From Patescibacteria group bacterium (GTDB taxonomy: Bacteria > Patescibacteriota > Patescibacteriia > CAIXNZ01), in NCBI GenBank assembly GCA_028714455.1, contig JAQTMG010000002.1, positions 38,047-102,046 on the forward strand: 64,000 nucleotides of DNA, given 5' to 3'. The notes below the pieces were generated by a model. The model worked only from the letters and a program-made list of their open reading frames with translations, made no database searches and was not told the DNA's origin. The translations under genes and the position numbers were made by a program. Position 1 is the first letter of the stretch, and each line of letters starts with the position of its first letter. Shown here piece by piece: positions 28,079 through 36,167 of the stretch.

Positions 28079-28510
28079 ATGTTTATCGGCGAATATCAGC
28101 ACAATTTGGACGAGAAGGGACGACTGGCAGTACCAGCCAAGTTTCGCGCAACATTGGCTAAAGGCGCCGTGGTGACCAGGGGATTGGATAACTGTTTATT
28201 TGTCTACACTGCTTCTGAATGGGAAAAGCTGGCCGTTAAATTGGCTGCTTTGCCAATTAATAAAGCTAACACCCGCGCTTTTGCCCGCTTCATGCTAGCC
28301 AGCGCCATGGACGTACAGTTGGATAAACAGGGCAGAATAATTTTGCCAGAGTATTTGAGGCAGTACGCTTATCTCCGAAAAAAATCAATTGTGGCCGGTT
28401 TATATAATCATCTGGAAATCTGGGACGAAGATACTTGGAATAAATATAAGAAGGGAACTGAAAAGCAGAGTGGCAAGATCGCTGAAGCACTGGACGGACT
28501 GGGTGTTTAA
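28079..28510 (+). CDS. mraZ: transcriptional regulator MraZ
   Basis: MFIGEYQHNLDEKGRLAVPAKFR plus a second DxxGR repeat. Confidence 0.9.
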   Translation: MFIGEYQHNLDEKGRLAVPAKFRATLAKGAVVTRGLDNCLFVYTASEWEKLAVKLAALPINKANTRAFARFMLASAMDVQLDKQGRIILPEYLRQYAYLRKKSIVAGLYNHLEIWDEDTWNKYKKGTEKQSGKIAEALDGLGV

Positions 28511-28725
28511 TTTCTTTACAAATTATTGCAGTCGCGGAATATTCTATTTTTCGCTCCGCGCTGAATAAATATAATGTTTGTTTACGGCATTCATTATAGG
28601 CATCATTTCGATGTCTTAACAAAGTAATAATTTGCCAAAAACAAGCAGGGTTTTATCCAGGAGAGAAATGGCTATGCTTATCCTATTTCTCTCCTGTAAA
28701 AGCTTTTGTAAATTTTAGGAAAACA

Positions 28726-29655
28726 ATGTCTTTAAACCACACGCCGGTTTTACTCGAAGAAGCAATAAGGTATCTTGACCCCAAACCGGGTGAAAATTTT
28801 ATTGATGGCACTCTGGGCGCCGGCGGACACGCGCGAGCGATTTTAGAACACACAACGCCAGGCGGCAAACTTTTGGCCATTGATCTAGATATCAAAGCGA
28901 TTGAGCTGGCTAAAAATAATTTAACAGAATTCGCGGACAGAGTTTTATATACCAATGACAACTTTAAAAATTTAGAGAAGATAGCCAATGAATCTGAAAT
29001 TTCTGAATTTGACGGCATCTTGCTGGACCTCGGCTTATCAAGTATGGAACTCAATGACGAGAAAAGGGGATTTTCTTTCTCTAAAGATTCATTTCTGGAC
29101 ATGCGCTTTGGCAGCGGCGGTTTAACCGCGGCTGATGTCATTAATAAATATTCCGAGAATGAATTGATTAGAATTTTCAAGACTTACGGCGAAGAGAGGC
29201 ATGCCAAATTGATTGCGGCTGAAATCGTCAGACAGAGAAAAATCGGAAAAATTACCACCACGAATCAGCTAGTTAACATAATTGAAAAAGTTTATCAGGG
29301 AAAAGCCCGTCCGAAAATAAACGTGGCGACCAAAGTTTTTCAGGCCTTGAGAATAGAAGTGAACGGAGAACTAGAGAATTTGAAGCAAGTCTTACCCGTA
29401 GCTCTGAAGATTTTAAAAAAGGGCGGACGACTCGGCGTGATTTCCTTTCACTCGCTTGAAGACAGAATTGTCAAAGAATTTTTCAAAAAAGAAGCAAAAG
29501 ATTGTCTTTGTCCGCCGCAGGTTCCGGTTTGCGTCTGCGGTCACAAAGTAAGTTTGAAAATTTTAACCAAGAAAGTAATTATTCCATCAAACAAGGAATT
29601 AATAAATAATCCCAGAAGCAGAAGCGCCAAATTGCGCGCGGCCATTAAGCTCTAA
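28726..29655 (+). CDS. rsmH: 16S rRNA (cytosine1402-N4)-methyltransferase
   Basis: HTPVLLEE...DGTLGAGGHA. Confidence 0.95.
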   Translation: MSLNHTPVLLEEAIRYLDPKPGENFIDGTLGAGGHARAILEHTTPGGKLLAIDLDIKAIELAKNNLTEFADRVLYTNDNFKNLEKIANESEISEFDGILLDLGLSSMELNDEKRGFSFSKDSFLDMRFGSGGLTAADVINKYSENELIRIFKTYGEERHAKLIAAEIVRQRKIGKITTTNQLVNIIEKVYQGKARPKINVATKVFQALRIEVNGELENLKQVLPVALKILKKGGRLGVISFHSLEDRIVKEFFKKEAKDCLCPPQVPVCVCGHKVSLKILTKKVIIPSNKELINNPRSRSAKLRAAIKL

Positions 29656-29659
29656 ATCT

Positions 29660-30019
29660 ATGACGAAATTTATGCTGGGCGGCAGATTTTCACATCTGGA
29701 TCGCACTACCAAAACTAGCGTGTTTAGCGAACAGGTACACAACAAGATGATTTTAGTTTTGCTCGTGGCCGCGATTTTTATGTGCTTTTTTGTTTATCTC
29801 TGGCAGGTTAATGGCATGGCTACCAAGGGTTATAAGATAAAAGATCTACAGACGAGAGTCTATGATTTGAAAGACCAGAATAAAAAATTAGAATTGCAAG
29901 TCGCTGATTTGCGCTCCAGCGCCAGAATTTCGGAGAAAATTAAGGAAATGAATTTAGTAGAAGTGGTCAGAATTGAATATCTTATTGATAATAGCGGTTC
30001 AGTGGCGGTTAATCGATAA
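29660..30019 (+). CDS. ftsL: cell division protein FtsL-like
   Basis: dcw position; single TM followed by a coiled coil. Confidence 0.55.
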   Translation: MTKFMLGGRFSHLDRTTKTSVFSEQVHNKMILVLLVAAIFMCFFVYLWQVNGMATKGYKIKDLQTRVYDLKDQNKKLELQVADLRSSARISEKIKEMNLVEVVRIEYLIDNSGSVAVNR

Positions 30020-30039
30020 ATTAAATACTCAAATAAAAA

Positions 30040-30068
30040 TCGCCGAGAAAATCGGCGGTTTTTTTTGT
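30040..30068 (+). terminator. hairpin TCGCCGAGAAAATCGGCGG + T8
   Basis: Immediately after ftsL. Confidence 0.7.
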
Positions 30069-30090
30069 CATCAAGTGATGGAATTGAATT

Positions 30091-30395
30091 GTTTTGAGCT
30101 TTTAATATACTTTTTGCTAAATATTGTTCGTACTGATTATCTGTTCTTTTTGTAACCAAAAAGAACCAAAAAGTTTTGGGGTCGCAAATGCGCTAGTGCA
30201 TATAGCTCGTTTTATCGCGACGCCCGTGACGCTTAGTTGCGCCCCCAAACCCCAGGGAGCTTTTAACAACTTTCTTTCGACAAAATTATTATTAGCTTGT
30301 ACTGAGCGAATAAAAAGCGCCGAAGGGCTCCCCAGACCCCTCCGGAGCTTTTAATACGTTTTCACGGGGCTTTATTTTATGCAAAAATAAAAAAT
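30091..30395 (+). ncRNA. candidate structured non-coding RNA (class unknown), bounded by a promoter-like TTGAAT-N16-TATACT and terminators
   Basis: ~300 nt with no credible ORF and GC well above its flanks; repeated motif CCCCAAACCCCAGGGAGCTTTTAA / CCCCAGACCCCTCCGGAGCTTTTAA; strand uncertain. Confidence 0.3.
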
Positions 30396-30431
30396 ACCGC
30401 CGGTTGTTAGCCAGCGGTATTGTTTTTATTT
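30394..30431 (+). terminator. hairpin ATACCGCCGGTTGTTAGCCAGCGGTAT + T-run
   Basis: 7-bp stem. Confidence 0.6.
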
Positions 30432-30473
30432 CATCCCAATGTAATAATGGTAACGAAACTTTTTTATAATTAA

Positions 30474-31589
30474 ATGCTGACTAACTTAAAAAAATCAAAT
30501 AAATCAGGCGCGCGCCTCGGCAGATTAAAAACAGCTCACGGCCCCATCAAGACGCCATTTTTTATGCCCATCGCCACCAAGGCTGCCGTGAAGAATCTGT
30601 CAGTCGAGGATTTAAATTGCCTCGGCGCGCCAATCATCTTGGCCAACACTTATCATCTGTATCTGCAGCCAGGCGAAAAGCTGATTAAAAAGGCTGGTGG
30701 CCTGCACAAGTTCATGAATTGGCCGCATCCGATTTTAACCGACTCCGGCGGTTATCAGGTTTTTTCTTTGTCAAAAATAAATAAAATTAAAGCCGACGGC
30801 GTGGAATTCCAGTCGCATCTGGACGGCTCGAAACATTTTTTAACGCCAGAAAAATCAATTCAGATTCAGCAGGATTTGGGCTCTGACATCATGATGGCTT
30901 TTGACGTTTGTCCGGCTGGCGAGGCCAAACAAAAAATAATCAGCGAAGCCTGTGCCACAACTTTTGACTGGGCCAAGCGCTGTTTTAAAACCTGGCAAAA
31001 AACAAAAAAGAAGCAGCAACTTTTTGGCATAATTCAGGGCGGGATTTATAAAAAGTTGCGCGATCAAAGTTTAAAACAAATAACCGGCTTGGATTTTTCC
31101 GGCTTTGCCATTGGCGGTTTGGCCGTGGGCGAAGAGAGAAAGGATATGTATAAAATTTTGGAATATATCGCGCCAAAATTGCCTGAAAATAAACCGCGCT
31201 ATCTGATGGGCCTGGGTCGGCCAGAAGAAATTGTTTTCGCGGTCAAGCAGGGGATTGACATGTTTGATTGCGTTATCCCGACTCGCGAAGCGCGCCATGG
31301 CCGGCTCTACCAATTTTGTTCGCTAAAACAAAAAGGCGCCATCAAACTTTTCGACAACCTGGCTTATCAGACATTGAATATAAAGAATGAAAAATATAAA
31401 ATGGAATTTTCCCCGATTGATAAAAATTCTAAAAATGAGTTACTTAGAAAATACTCCAAATCATATTTGCACCATTTATTTAAAACACAAGAGGGCTTGG
31501 GCTTGAGATTGGCTACGTTGAATAATCTGGAATTTTATTTGCGTCTAATGGATCAAGTCCAAGGGGCAATAAAAAATGACAGGCTTTAA
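30474..31589 (+). CDS. tgt: queuine tRNA-ribosyltransferase
   Basis: TPFFMPIATKAAVK, LTDSGGYQVFSL, CVIPTR. Confidence 0.9.
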   Translation: MLTNLKKSNKSGARLGRLKTAHGPIKTPFFMPIATKAAVKNLSVEDLNCLGAPIILANTYHLYLQPGEKLIKKAGGLHKFMNWPHPILTDSGGYQVFSLSKINKIKADGVEFQSHLDGSKHFLTPEKSIQIQQDLGSDIMMAFDVCPAGEAKQKIISEACATTFDWAKRCFKTWQKTKKKQQLFGIIQGGIYKKLRDQSLKQITGLDFSGFAIGGLAVGEERKDMYKILEYIAPKLPENKPRYLMGLGRPEEIVFAVKQGIDMFDCVIPTREARHGRLYQFCSLKQKGAIKLFDNLAYQTLNIKNEKYKMEFSPIDKNSKNELLRKYSKSYLHHLFKTQEGLGLRLATLNNLEFYLRLMDQVQGAIKNDRL

Positions 31590-31591
31590 TA

Positions 31592-31620
31592 TTGACAAAA
31601 AAATATTTTATTGCTAAGTT
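31592..31620 (+). promoter_or_regulatory. conserved promoter TTGACAAAA-N-TAAGTT
   Basis: Spacer 17; drives the 31652 gene. Confidence 0.5.
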
Positions 31621-31651
31621 GAAGTCAAACTTCAAAAAGGAGGAGCTTAAA

Positions 31652-32026
31652 ATGAATGGAGAAGAAGGATTGAAATTGCAATTACTTTGTGCGCTGAAGC
31701 ACATCAGAACTTTAAAAGCGAGAACGGACGATGGGGAATCGTACAAAACTGGCGACATGACTAGAGTGGCTAACACCATCGGAATTGTCGTTGAAGATGT
31801 GGGCCCGAACGAAGATTTCGTGCTTGTTTACATGGCCAAAAAAATTGTCGCGCCCAAAATTTCCGGTTCGGGAACCAATTTTGTCCCGGGAGAAAACGTT
31901 TACTACGATTCGCAGGCGCACAAAGTGACGACTTCGAGCTCGGGCAACGTTCTCTGCGGCAAAGCCCTGGAGTCAGCCAGTGATTCGGCAAGCGAAGTTC
32001 TGATCGAGCTCATCGTGTTTGCGTAG
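31652..32026 (+). CDS. small protein, DUF2190-like (tentative; two-lobed Gly/Val-rich beta pattern)
   Basis: SD AAAAAGGAGGAGCTTAAAATG; GIVVEDVGPNEDFVLV ... SGNVLCGKALESASDSASEVLIEL; higher GC. Confidence 0.4.
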   Translation: MNGEEGLKLQLLCALKHIRTLKARTDDGESYKTGDMTRVANTIGIVVEDVGPNEDFVLVYMAKKIVAPKISGSGTNFVPGENVYYDSQAHKVTTSSSGNVLCGKALESASDSASEVLIELIVFA

Positions 32027-32084
32027 AATCGCAATTTATCAAACCAAGGCGGAGCAGAAATGCTTCGCCTTTTAATTTTAGGAG

Positions 32085-32203
32085 AGGCGAAAACGGCCCA
32101 TTACGTAGAGACGCGACATGCCGCGTCTCTACAACGGTTTTTTTGCACGCCGTAGAGACACGGCGCGCCGTGTCTCTACAACGGTCGTGGGCCGTTTTCG
32201 CGA
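32085..32203. repeat. REP-like composite palindrome family B, copy 2 (outer IR CGAAAACGGCCCA/TGGGCCGTTTTCG; two inner palindromes GTAGAGACGCGACATGCCGCGTCTCTAC and GTAGAGACACGGCGCGCCGTGTCTCTAC)
   Basis: Perfect 28-bp palindromes at 32105-32132 and 32152-32179. Confidence 0.85.
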
Positions 32204-32212
32204 ATCGATTAT

Positions 32213-32245
32213 TGACTTTTTTTATTTTTTGAATTATGCTAAGTT
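32213..32245 (+). promoter_or_regulatory. promoter-like TTGACT ... TATGCT/TAAGTT
   Basis: Upstream of the 32307 gene. Confidence 0.4.
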
Positions 32246-32306
32246 ATTAAGATGTTCTCTAATAAAAGTCCCATCCAGGGGCAATAAAAAAGGGGGTGAT
32301 AATTTG

Positions 32307-32747
32307 GTGAATGAAAAGTTGAAGTTGAGACAGCAGGCTTTGTTTTTGGTGGGCGGTTCGTATAAGGGAGAAAACGCTAAATTGATTTTGGCAAAGATCA
32401 GACAAGCGCTGGAAGATGGCTCGATTCATATTGAAGAGTTGGGCGTAACGCTGGAACAACTCAAGGAAGCCGAAGAGAAAATCAAAAAAGAGACTCTGCC
32501 CCGCGTTCAGGAAATGTCAGAAGCAGAGGCTAAGGATTTGGCCAGTGGTTTTGGCAAGTTGTGGCAGCAATATCAAACCGAAGCGGACGCGGATCAGAAA
32601 AAAGAGATTTTGGCTCTAATGAAAACCATGTGGCCACGCCTGGTTCATGGGGTTAAGGCTCGCCTGATTGTTTACGCCGATCTTGGCCTCGAAGACGCCG
32701 GAGAATATTTCGTAATTTCAGACGTCATGCACCAAGGCGGAAAATAA
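32307..32747 (+). CDS. hypothetical protein (~146 aa, GTG start 7 nt after AGGGGGTGA)
   Basis: The track ORF from 32118 begins inside the REP element; the SD-supported start is the in-frame GTG at 32307; higher GC. Confidence 0.45.
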   Translation: MNEKLKLRQQALFLVGGSYKGENAKLILAKIRQALEDGSIHIEELGVTLEQLKEAEEKIKKETLPRVQEMSEAEAKDLASGFGKLWQQYQTEADADQKKEILALMKTMWPRLVHGVKARLIVYADLGLEDAGEYFVISDVMHQGGK

Positions 32748-32777
32748 AGTCCTCTTAATCTTGAGAGGACTTTTTAT
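32748..32777 (+). terminator. hairpin AAGTCCTCTTAATCTTGAGAGGACTT + T-run
   Basis: 10-bp stem. Confidence 0.7.
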
Positions 32778-32778
32778 A

Positions 32779-32807
32779 TTGACAAAAATAGAATAATTTG
32801 TTAAGTT
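32779..32807 (+). promoter_or_regulatory. conserved promoter TTGACAAAA-N-TAAGTT
   Basis: Spacer 17. Confidence 0.5.
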
Positions 32808-32829
32808 TTTGTTATCAAGGGAGGTCAAA

Positions 32830-33009
32830 ATGGTACACGAAAAAGATCTTATTCTGGCGATCAAGCAAGTTGTCGGGTTGGATCGGCGAGAAATCCTTTT
32901 GAGCAGGCTGAAGGGCATCCATCCGGTTGATGACAAATTTTCCGGAGAACAGCTTGACAAAATCTTCGACGGTATGCCCGATTTAAGAAAGATTTTTCGC
33001 GAAGGATAA
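32830..33009 (+). CDS. small hypothetical protein (59 aa)
   Basis: SD AAGGGAGGTCAAAATG; own promoter and terminator (33009-33038). Confidence 0.4.
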   Translation: MVHEKDLILAIKQVVGLDRREILLSRLKGIHPVDDKFSGEQLDKIFDGMPDLRKIFREG

Positions 33010-33065
33010 GTTCCCGGTTTTACTGGGAACTTTTTTTATTGCCTGAAATTTGATAAAATTAAGCC

Positions 33066-33428
33066 ATGGCAAAGGAGTCGATTTTTAAACTTATTGGCCT
33101 GCTTTTACTCGACGAGTTAAAAGCGATTTTGTATTTTCCGCTCTGGTGGTATTCAAGGGGTTTTTTAAATTTAATCAAAGCGGGCGGCAGCTGGATAATA
33201 AATTTTGACAAGACGCTGGGTTTCACCATCTGGCTGAAAAATCTGTTTGTGCCTATGTTTGGCCAGCGCGACCTCGCGGGCCGTCTCATCAGCTTTCTAC
33301 TGCGTCTGGTGCAGATTATTTTCAGGGGGATTTTATTGTTGATATTTATCATGATCGTTATCATTATATTTATCTTGTGGCTGGCTTTGCCGTTTTTTAT
33401 TATCTATGAAATAATTCTTCAGCTCTAA
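33066..33428 (+). CDS. small integral membrane protein
   Basis: Three hydrophobic helices. Confidence 0.4.
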   Translation: MAKESIFKLIGLLLLDELKAILYFPLWWYSRGFLNLIKAGGSWIINFDKTLGFTIWLKNLFVPMFGQRDLAGRLISFLLRLVQIIFRGILLLIFIMIVIIIFILWLALPFFIIYEIILQL

Positions 33429-36166
33429 TGCCAAACAACGAAGAAAATTTAAAGTTTCTAAGCTGCGGTCAGTGCGGAGGCTTAGGCGTTTATAACGGCA
33501 AAAAATGCCACCTCTGCATGAGCCGGGGAATTGTCGCTTATCTGGACGGCTATATTTTGTACTGGGGCGAGAAAATAGATTCTGGCTTTTTAGCGCTTTA
33601 TAAAGTTGAACGGTTTATCACCAAAGCCGTTTACGTTATTTTATTCGCGCTGGCTTTGCTCGGGATTTTGTCACTAGTCTCTGCCGTCTACTCTGTCGGC
33701 TATCTAAATATTTTGAGCCTTATTTTCTGGGAAAGCAGAAGCGTTTACTTGCTTTACTTTTGGCTTTCTCTGCTGGTTGATTTTTATCTTATTTATTATT
33801 TTTCGCTGGGGAGAGAGAGTAGGGACAAGATTAAACCTAAAAAATTTAAAGAATCAAAAGAAGCTTTTGGTCCGCTCATTTTAGATTGGAGCGAGATAGC
33901 GAAGATGAATAAAAGATTTTTGATTGACGTATCCAAATCAATGAGTGAGGAGGCCATGAGCGTGGTTGAAAAATCTTTTGAACTGGCCAGAAAGTACAGG
34001 GCCAAAGAGGTGCAGCCGATTCATTTTTTGATTGCCTGCCTGGTCGTTTCCGACGAGGCGCAGAAAATGTTTGTGCGCCTGGGCGTAGATTTTCCCGCTC
34101 TCTCGCAAAAGCTCGGCGCGGTCGCTTCGGCCGAAGCTCACGAACAAGGGCAAGCGATTTTTTCACCTAATTCGGAGAAAGTGCTTTTACGCTCATACAG
34201 ACGCGCCTATTTTTATGGTGGAGCGGAAGTGTCTGTGCGTGATATCGCGGTGGAAGCGATTTTTGCCGACCAGCTGATCGCGGACGCTCTTTCTGACCTG
34301 AACGTGACGGCGCAAAAAGTGGAAAACGTTTCACTCTGGTTTGCCATGAACAAGGAGCTGAAAAAGCAGTGGTTTATTTATCGCGCTTCCAGCCGTTTGA
34401 AATCCAAGGCGGGCATTGACAGGGCCATGACCGCTTTACAAACCCCACTTCTTAATCGTTTTTCGGAAGATTTAACCAGACTGGCCAAAATGGCCTATCT
34501 ACCTTTGTGCGTTGACCGCGAGAAAGAGTTTAATAGTATTTTCCAGGTGCTTGAAGGCAGTTCGCAAAAAGGCATCATTTTAGTCGGCGAGGCGGGCGTG
34601 GGCAAAACCGCCATGATCGAGGGCTTGGCCCAGAGAATGATTGCCGACGACGTGCCTAAATTTTTGGCTGACAAAAGACTGGTTAGTTTGAGCGTGTCCA
34701 GAATTTTAGCCGGCGCTTCCTTGAGTCAAGCGCAGGAGCGCATGTATCTGTGCCTGAATCAGATTATCAGAGCGCGCAACGTGGTTTTATTTATCGACAA
34801 CATTCACGAATTAGTGCCCGAGCTGATCGAAATTTTAGCCGAAGCCATTTCTAAGAATTTATTTATTTGTCTGGCCAGCACCAATCCGCTGGATTATAAA
34901 AGGGTGATCGAGCCAACCGGACTTGGGCATTTTTTGAAAAAAATCCAGATCAATGAGCCGGAAGAAAACGTGGCCATCCAGATTTTGGAAGGCAGAGTGG
35001 GCTATGTCGAAGCGAAAAATAACGTCTTTTTTTCTTATGACGCGATTGAACAGGCTGTGAAGCTTACTGACCGATACGAGCACGATCAATTTTTGCCTTT
35101 TAAGGCGTTAAATTTAATTGAGGAGGCTGGAGTTTGGGCTAAAAATAATAAAGGCGCTAACGCTATGGTGACTGGCAATGACGTGGCCACCTTGATTTCC
35201 GATAAGCTCGGAGTTAAGGCGGCCGAAATAACCCAGAGCGAGGGCGAGAGATTGGAGCGTCTCGAACAAGTCATTCATGAAAGAATTGTGGGCCAGGCTG
35301 AAGCCGTGAACGCCGTGGCCAACAGTTTGCGCCGAGCCAGGGCAGAACTGCGCGAGGTGAACAGGCCGATTGCCAATCTTTTATTTTTGGGTCCCACTGG
35401 CACGGGCAAGACAGAACTCGCCAAAACTATTGCCGAGGTTTATTTTGGCAATGAAGATAATATGATTCGCCTGGATATGTCAGAGTATCAGGAACAAAGC
35501 GGCTTAAACCGTTTAATCGGCGCGCCGCCCGGCTATGAGGGCGCCGCTTCTGGCGGTCAACTGACCGAAGCCGTGCGGCAAAAACCTTTTAGCATCGTGC
35601 TCTTGGATGAATTGGAAAAAGCGCATCCTGACATTTTAAATTTGTTTTTGCAGGTGATGGAAGACGGCCGCCTGACTGATGCCAGTGGCAAAACAATTGA
35701 TTTTACTAATGTAATTTTAATCGCCACTTCTAACGCTCAAACTTCATTTATCCAGGAAAAAATAAAAGAGGGCGTTTCACTCGAAGAAATTAAAAAAGAG
35801 CTTTTGGAATCGGAATTAAAAAAATATTTTAAACCCGAATTCATCAACAGATTTGACAATATCATCGTGTTTAAGCCGCTGGATATTGATGATGTTAAGC
35901 AGGTAGCCAGGCTCATGCTGGCCAAGGTGGCCAAACAACTTGAGGCCAAGGGCATTAATTTTAGCGTGACCGAAGTGGGGATTAGCGAACTAGCCCGGGC
36001 CGGTTTTGATCCGCAATACGGCGCTAGACCGCTGCGCCGCGCTATCTCGGAAAAAGTCGACAATGCCTTGGCAAGCTATCTGATTGCTGGTAAAATCGGA
36101 AAAAGAGATAACGTGATTTATGACCAGGGGGGAATAATTCGGGTGGAGAAAGCCAGAGAAATATAA
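33428..36166 (+). CDS. clpC: ClpC/ClpB-like AAA+ chaperone with an unusual N-terminal extension (CxxC...CxxC zinc-ribbon-like plus two TM helices)
   Basis: Clp_N-like region from ~aa 160; two AAA modules (GEAGVGKTA; LFLGPTGTGKTELAK); N-terminus CGQCGG...CHLC then hydrophobic helices. Confidence 0.8.
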   Translation: MPNNEENLKFLSCGQCGGLGVYNGKKCHLCMSRGIVAYLDGYILYWGEKIDSGFLALYKVERFITKAVYVILFALALLGILSLVSAVYSVGYLNILSLIFWESRSVYLLYFWLSLLVDFYLIYYFSLGRESRDKIKPKKFKESKEAFGPLILDWSEIAKMNKRFLIDVSKSMSEEAMSVVEKSFELARKYRAKEVQPIHFLIACLVVSDEAQKMFVRLGVDFPALSQKLGAVASAEAHEQGQAIFSPNSEKVLLRSYRRAYFYGGAEVSVRDIAVEAIFADQLIADALSDLNVTAQKVENVSLWFAMNKELKKQWFIYRASSRLKSKAGIDRAMTALQTPLLNRFSEDLTRLAKMAYLPLCVDREKEFNSIFQVLEGSSQKGIILVGEAGVGKTAMIEGLAQRMIADDVPKFLADKRLVSLSVSRILAGASLSQAQERMYLCLNQIIRARNVVLFIDNIHELVPELIEILAEAISKNLFICLASTNPLDYKRVIEPTGLGHFLKKIQINEPEENVAIQILEGRVGYVEAKNNVFFSYDAIEQAVKLTDRYEHDQFLPFKALNLIEEAGVWAKNNKGANAMVTGNDVATLISDKLGVKAAEITQSEGERLERLEQVIHERIVGQAEAVNAVANSLRRARAELREVNRPIANLLFLGPTGTGKTELAKTIAEVYFGNEDNMIRLDMSEYQEQSGLNRLIGAPPGYEGAASGGQLTEAVRQKPFSIVLLDELEKAHPDILNLFLQVMEDGRLTDASGKTIDFTNVILIATSNAQTSFIQEKIKEGVSLEEIKKELLESELKKYFKPEFINRFDNIIVFKPLDIDDVKQVARLMLAKVAKQLEAKGINFSVTEVGISELARAGFDPQYGARPLRRAISEKVDNALASYLIAGKIGKRDNVIYDQGGIIRVEKAREI

Positions 36167-36167
36167 T

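Noticed and set aside
30069-30395. tmRNA, RNase P RNA, SRP RNA or a riboswitch as the identity of the GC-rich orphan segment
   Set aside because: No GGGG...TCGAC acceptor/T-arm or CCACCA end and no tag-peptide frame (tmRNA). No AAGTCCGG or CCCGGCTTA (RNase P). No GGAAGCAGC (SRP). No CTGAGA (TPP). Left as class unknown.
32118-32306. N-terminal 63 codons of the track ORF 32118-32747 (MPRLYNGFFARRRDTARRVSTT...)
   Set aside because: This stretch is the REP composite element read through. The SD-supported start is the GTG at 32307.
33905-36166. Splitting the ClpC-like ORF into a small membrane protein plus a canonical ClpC starting at MNKRF
   Set aside because: There is no stop codon and no convincing SD before the internal Met, so the long form is retained. 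This is flagged as uncertain in the findings.
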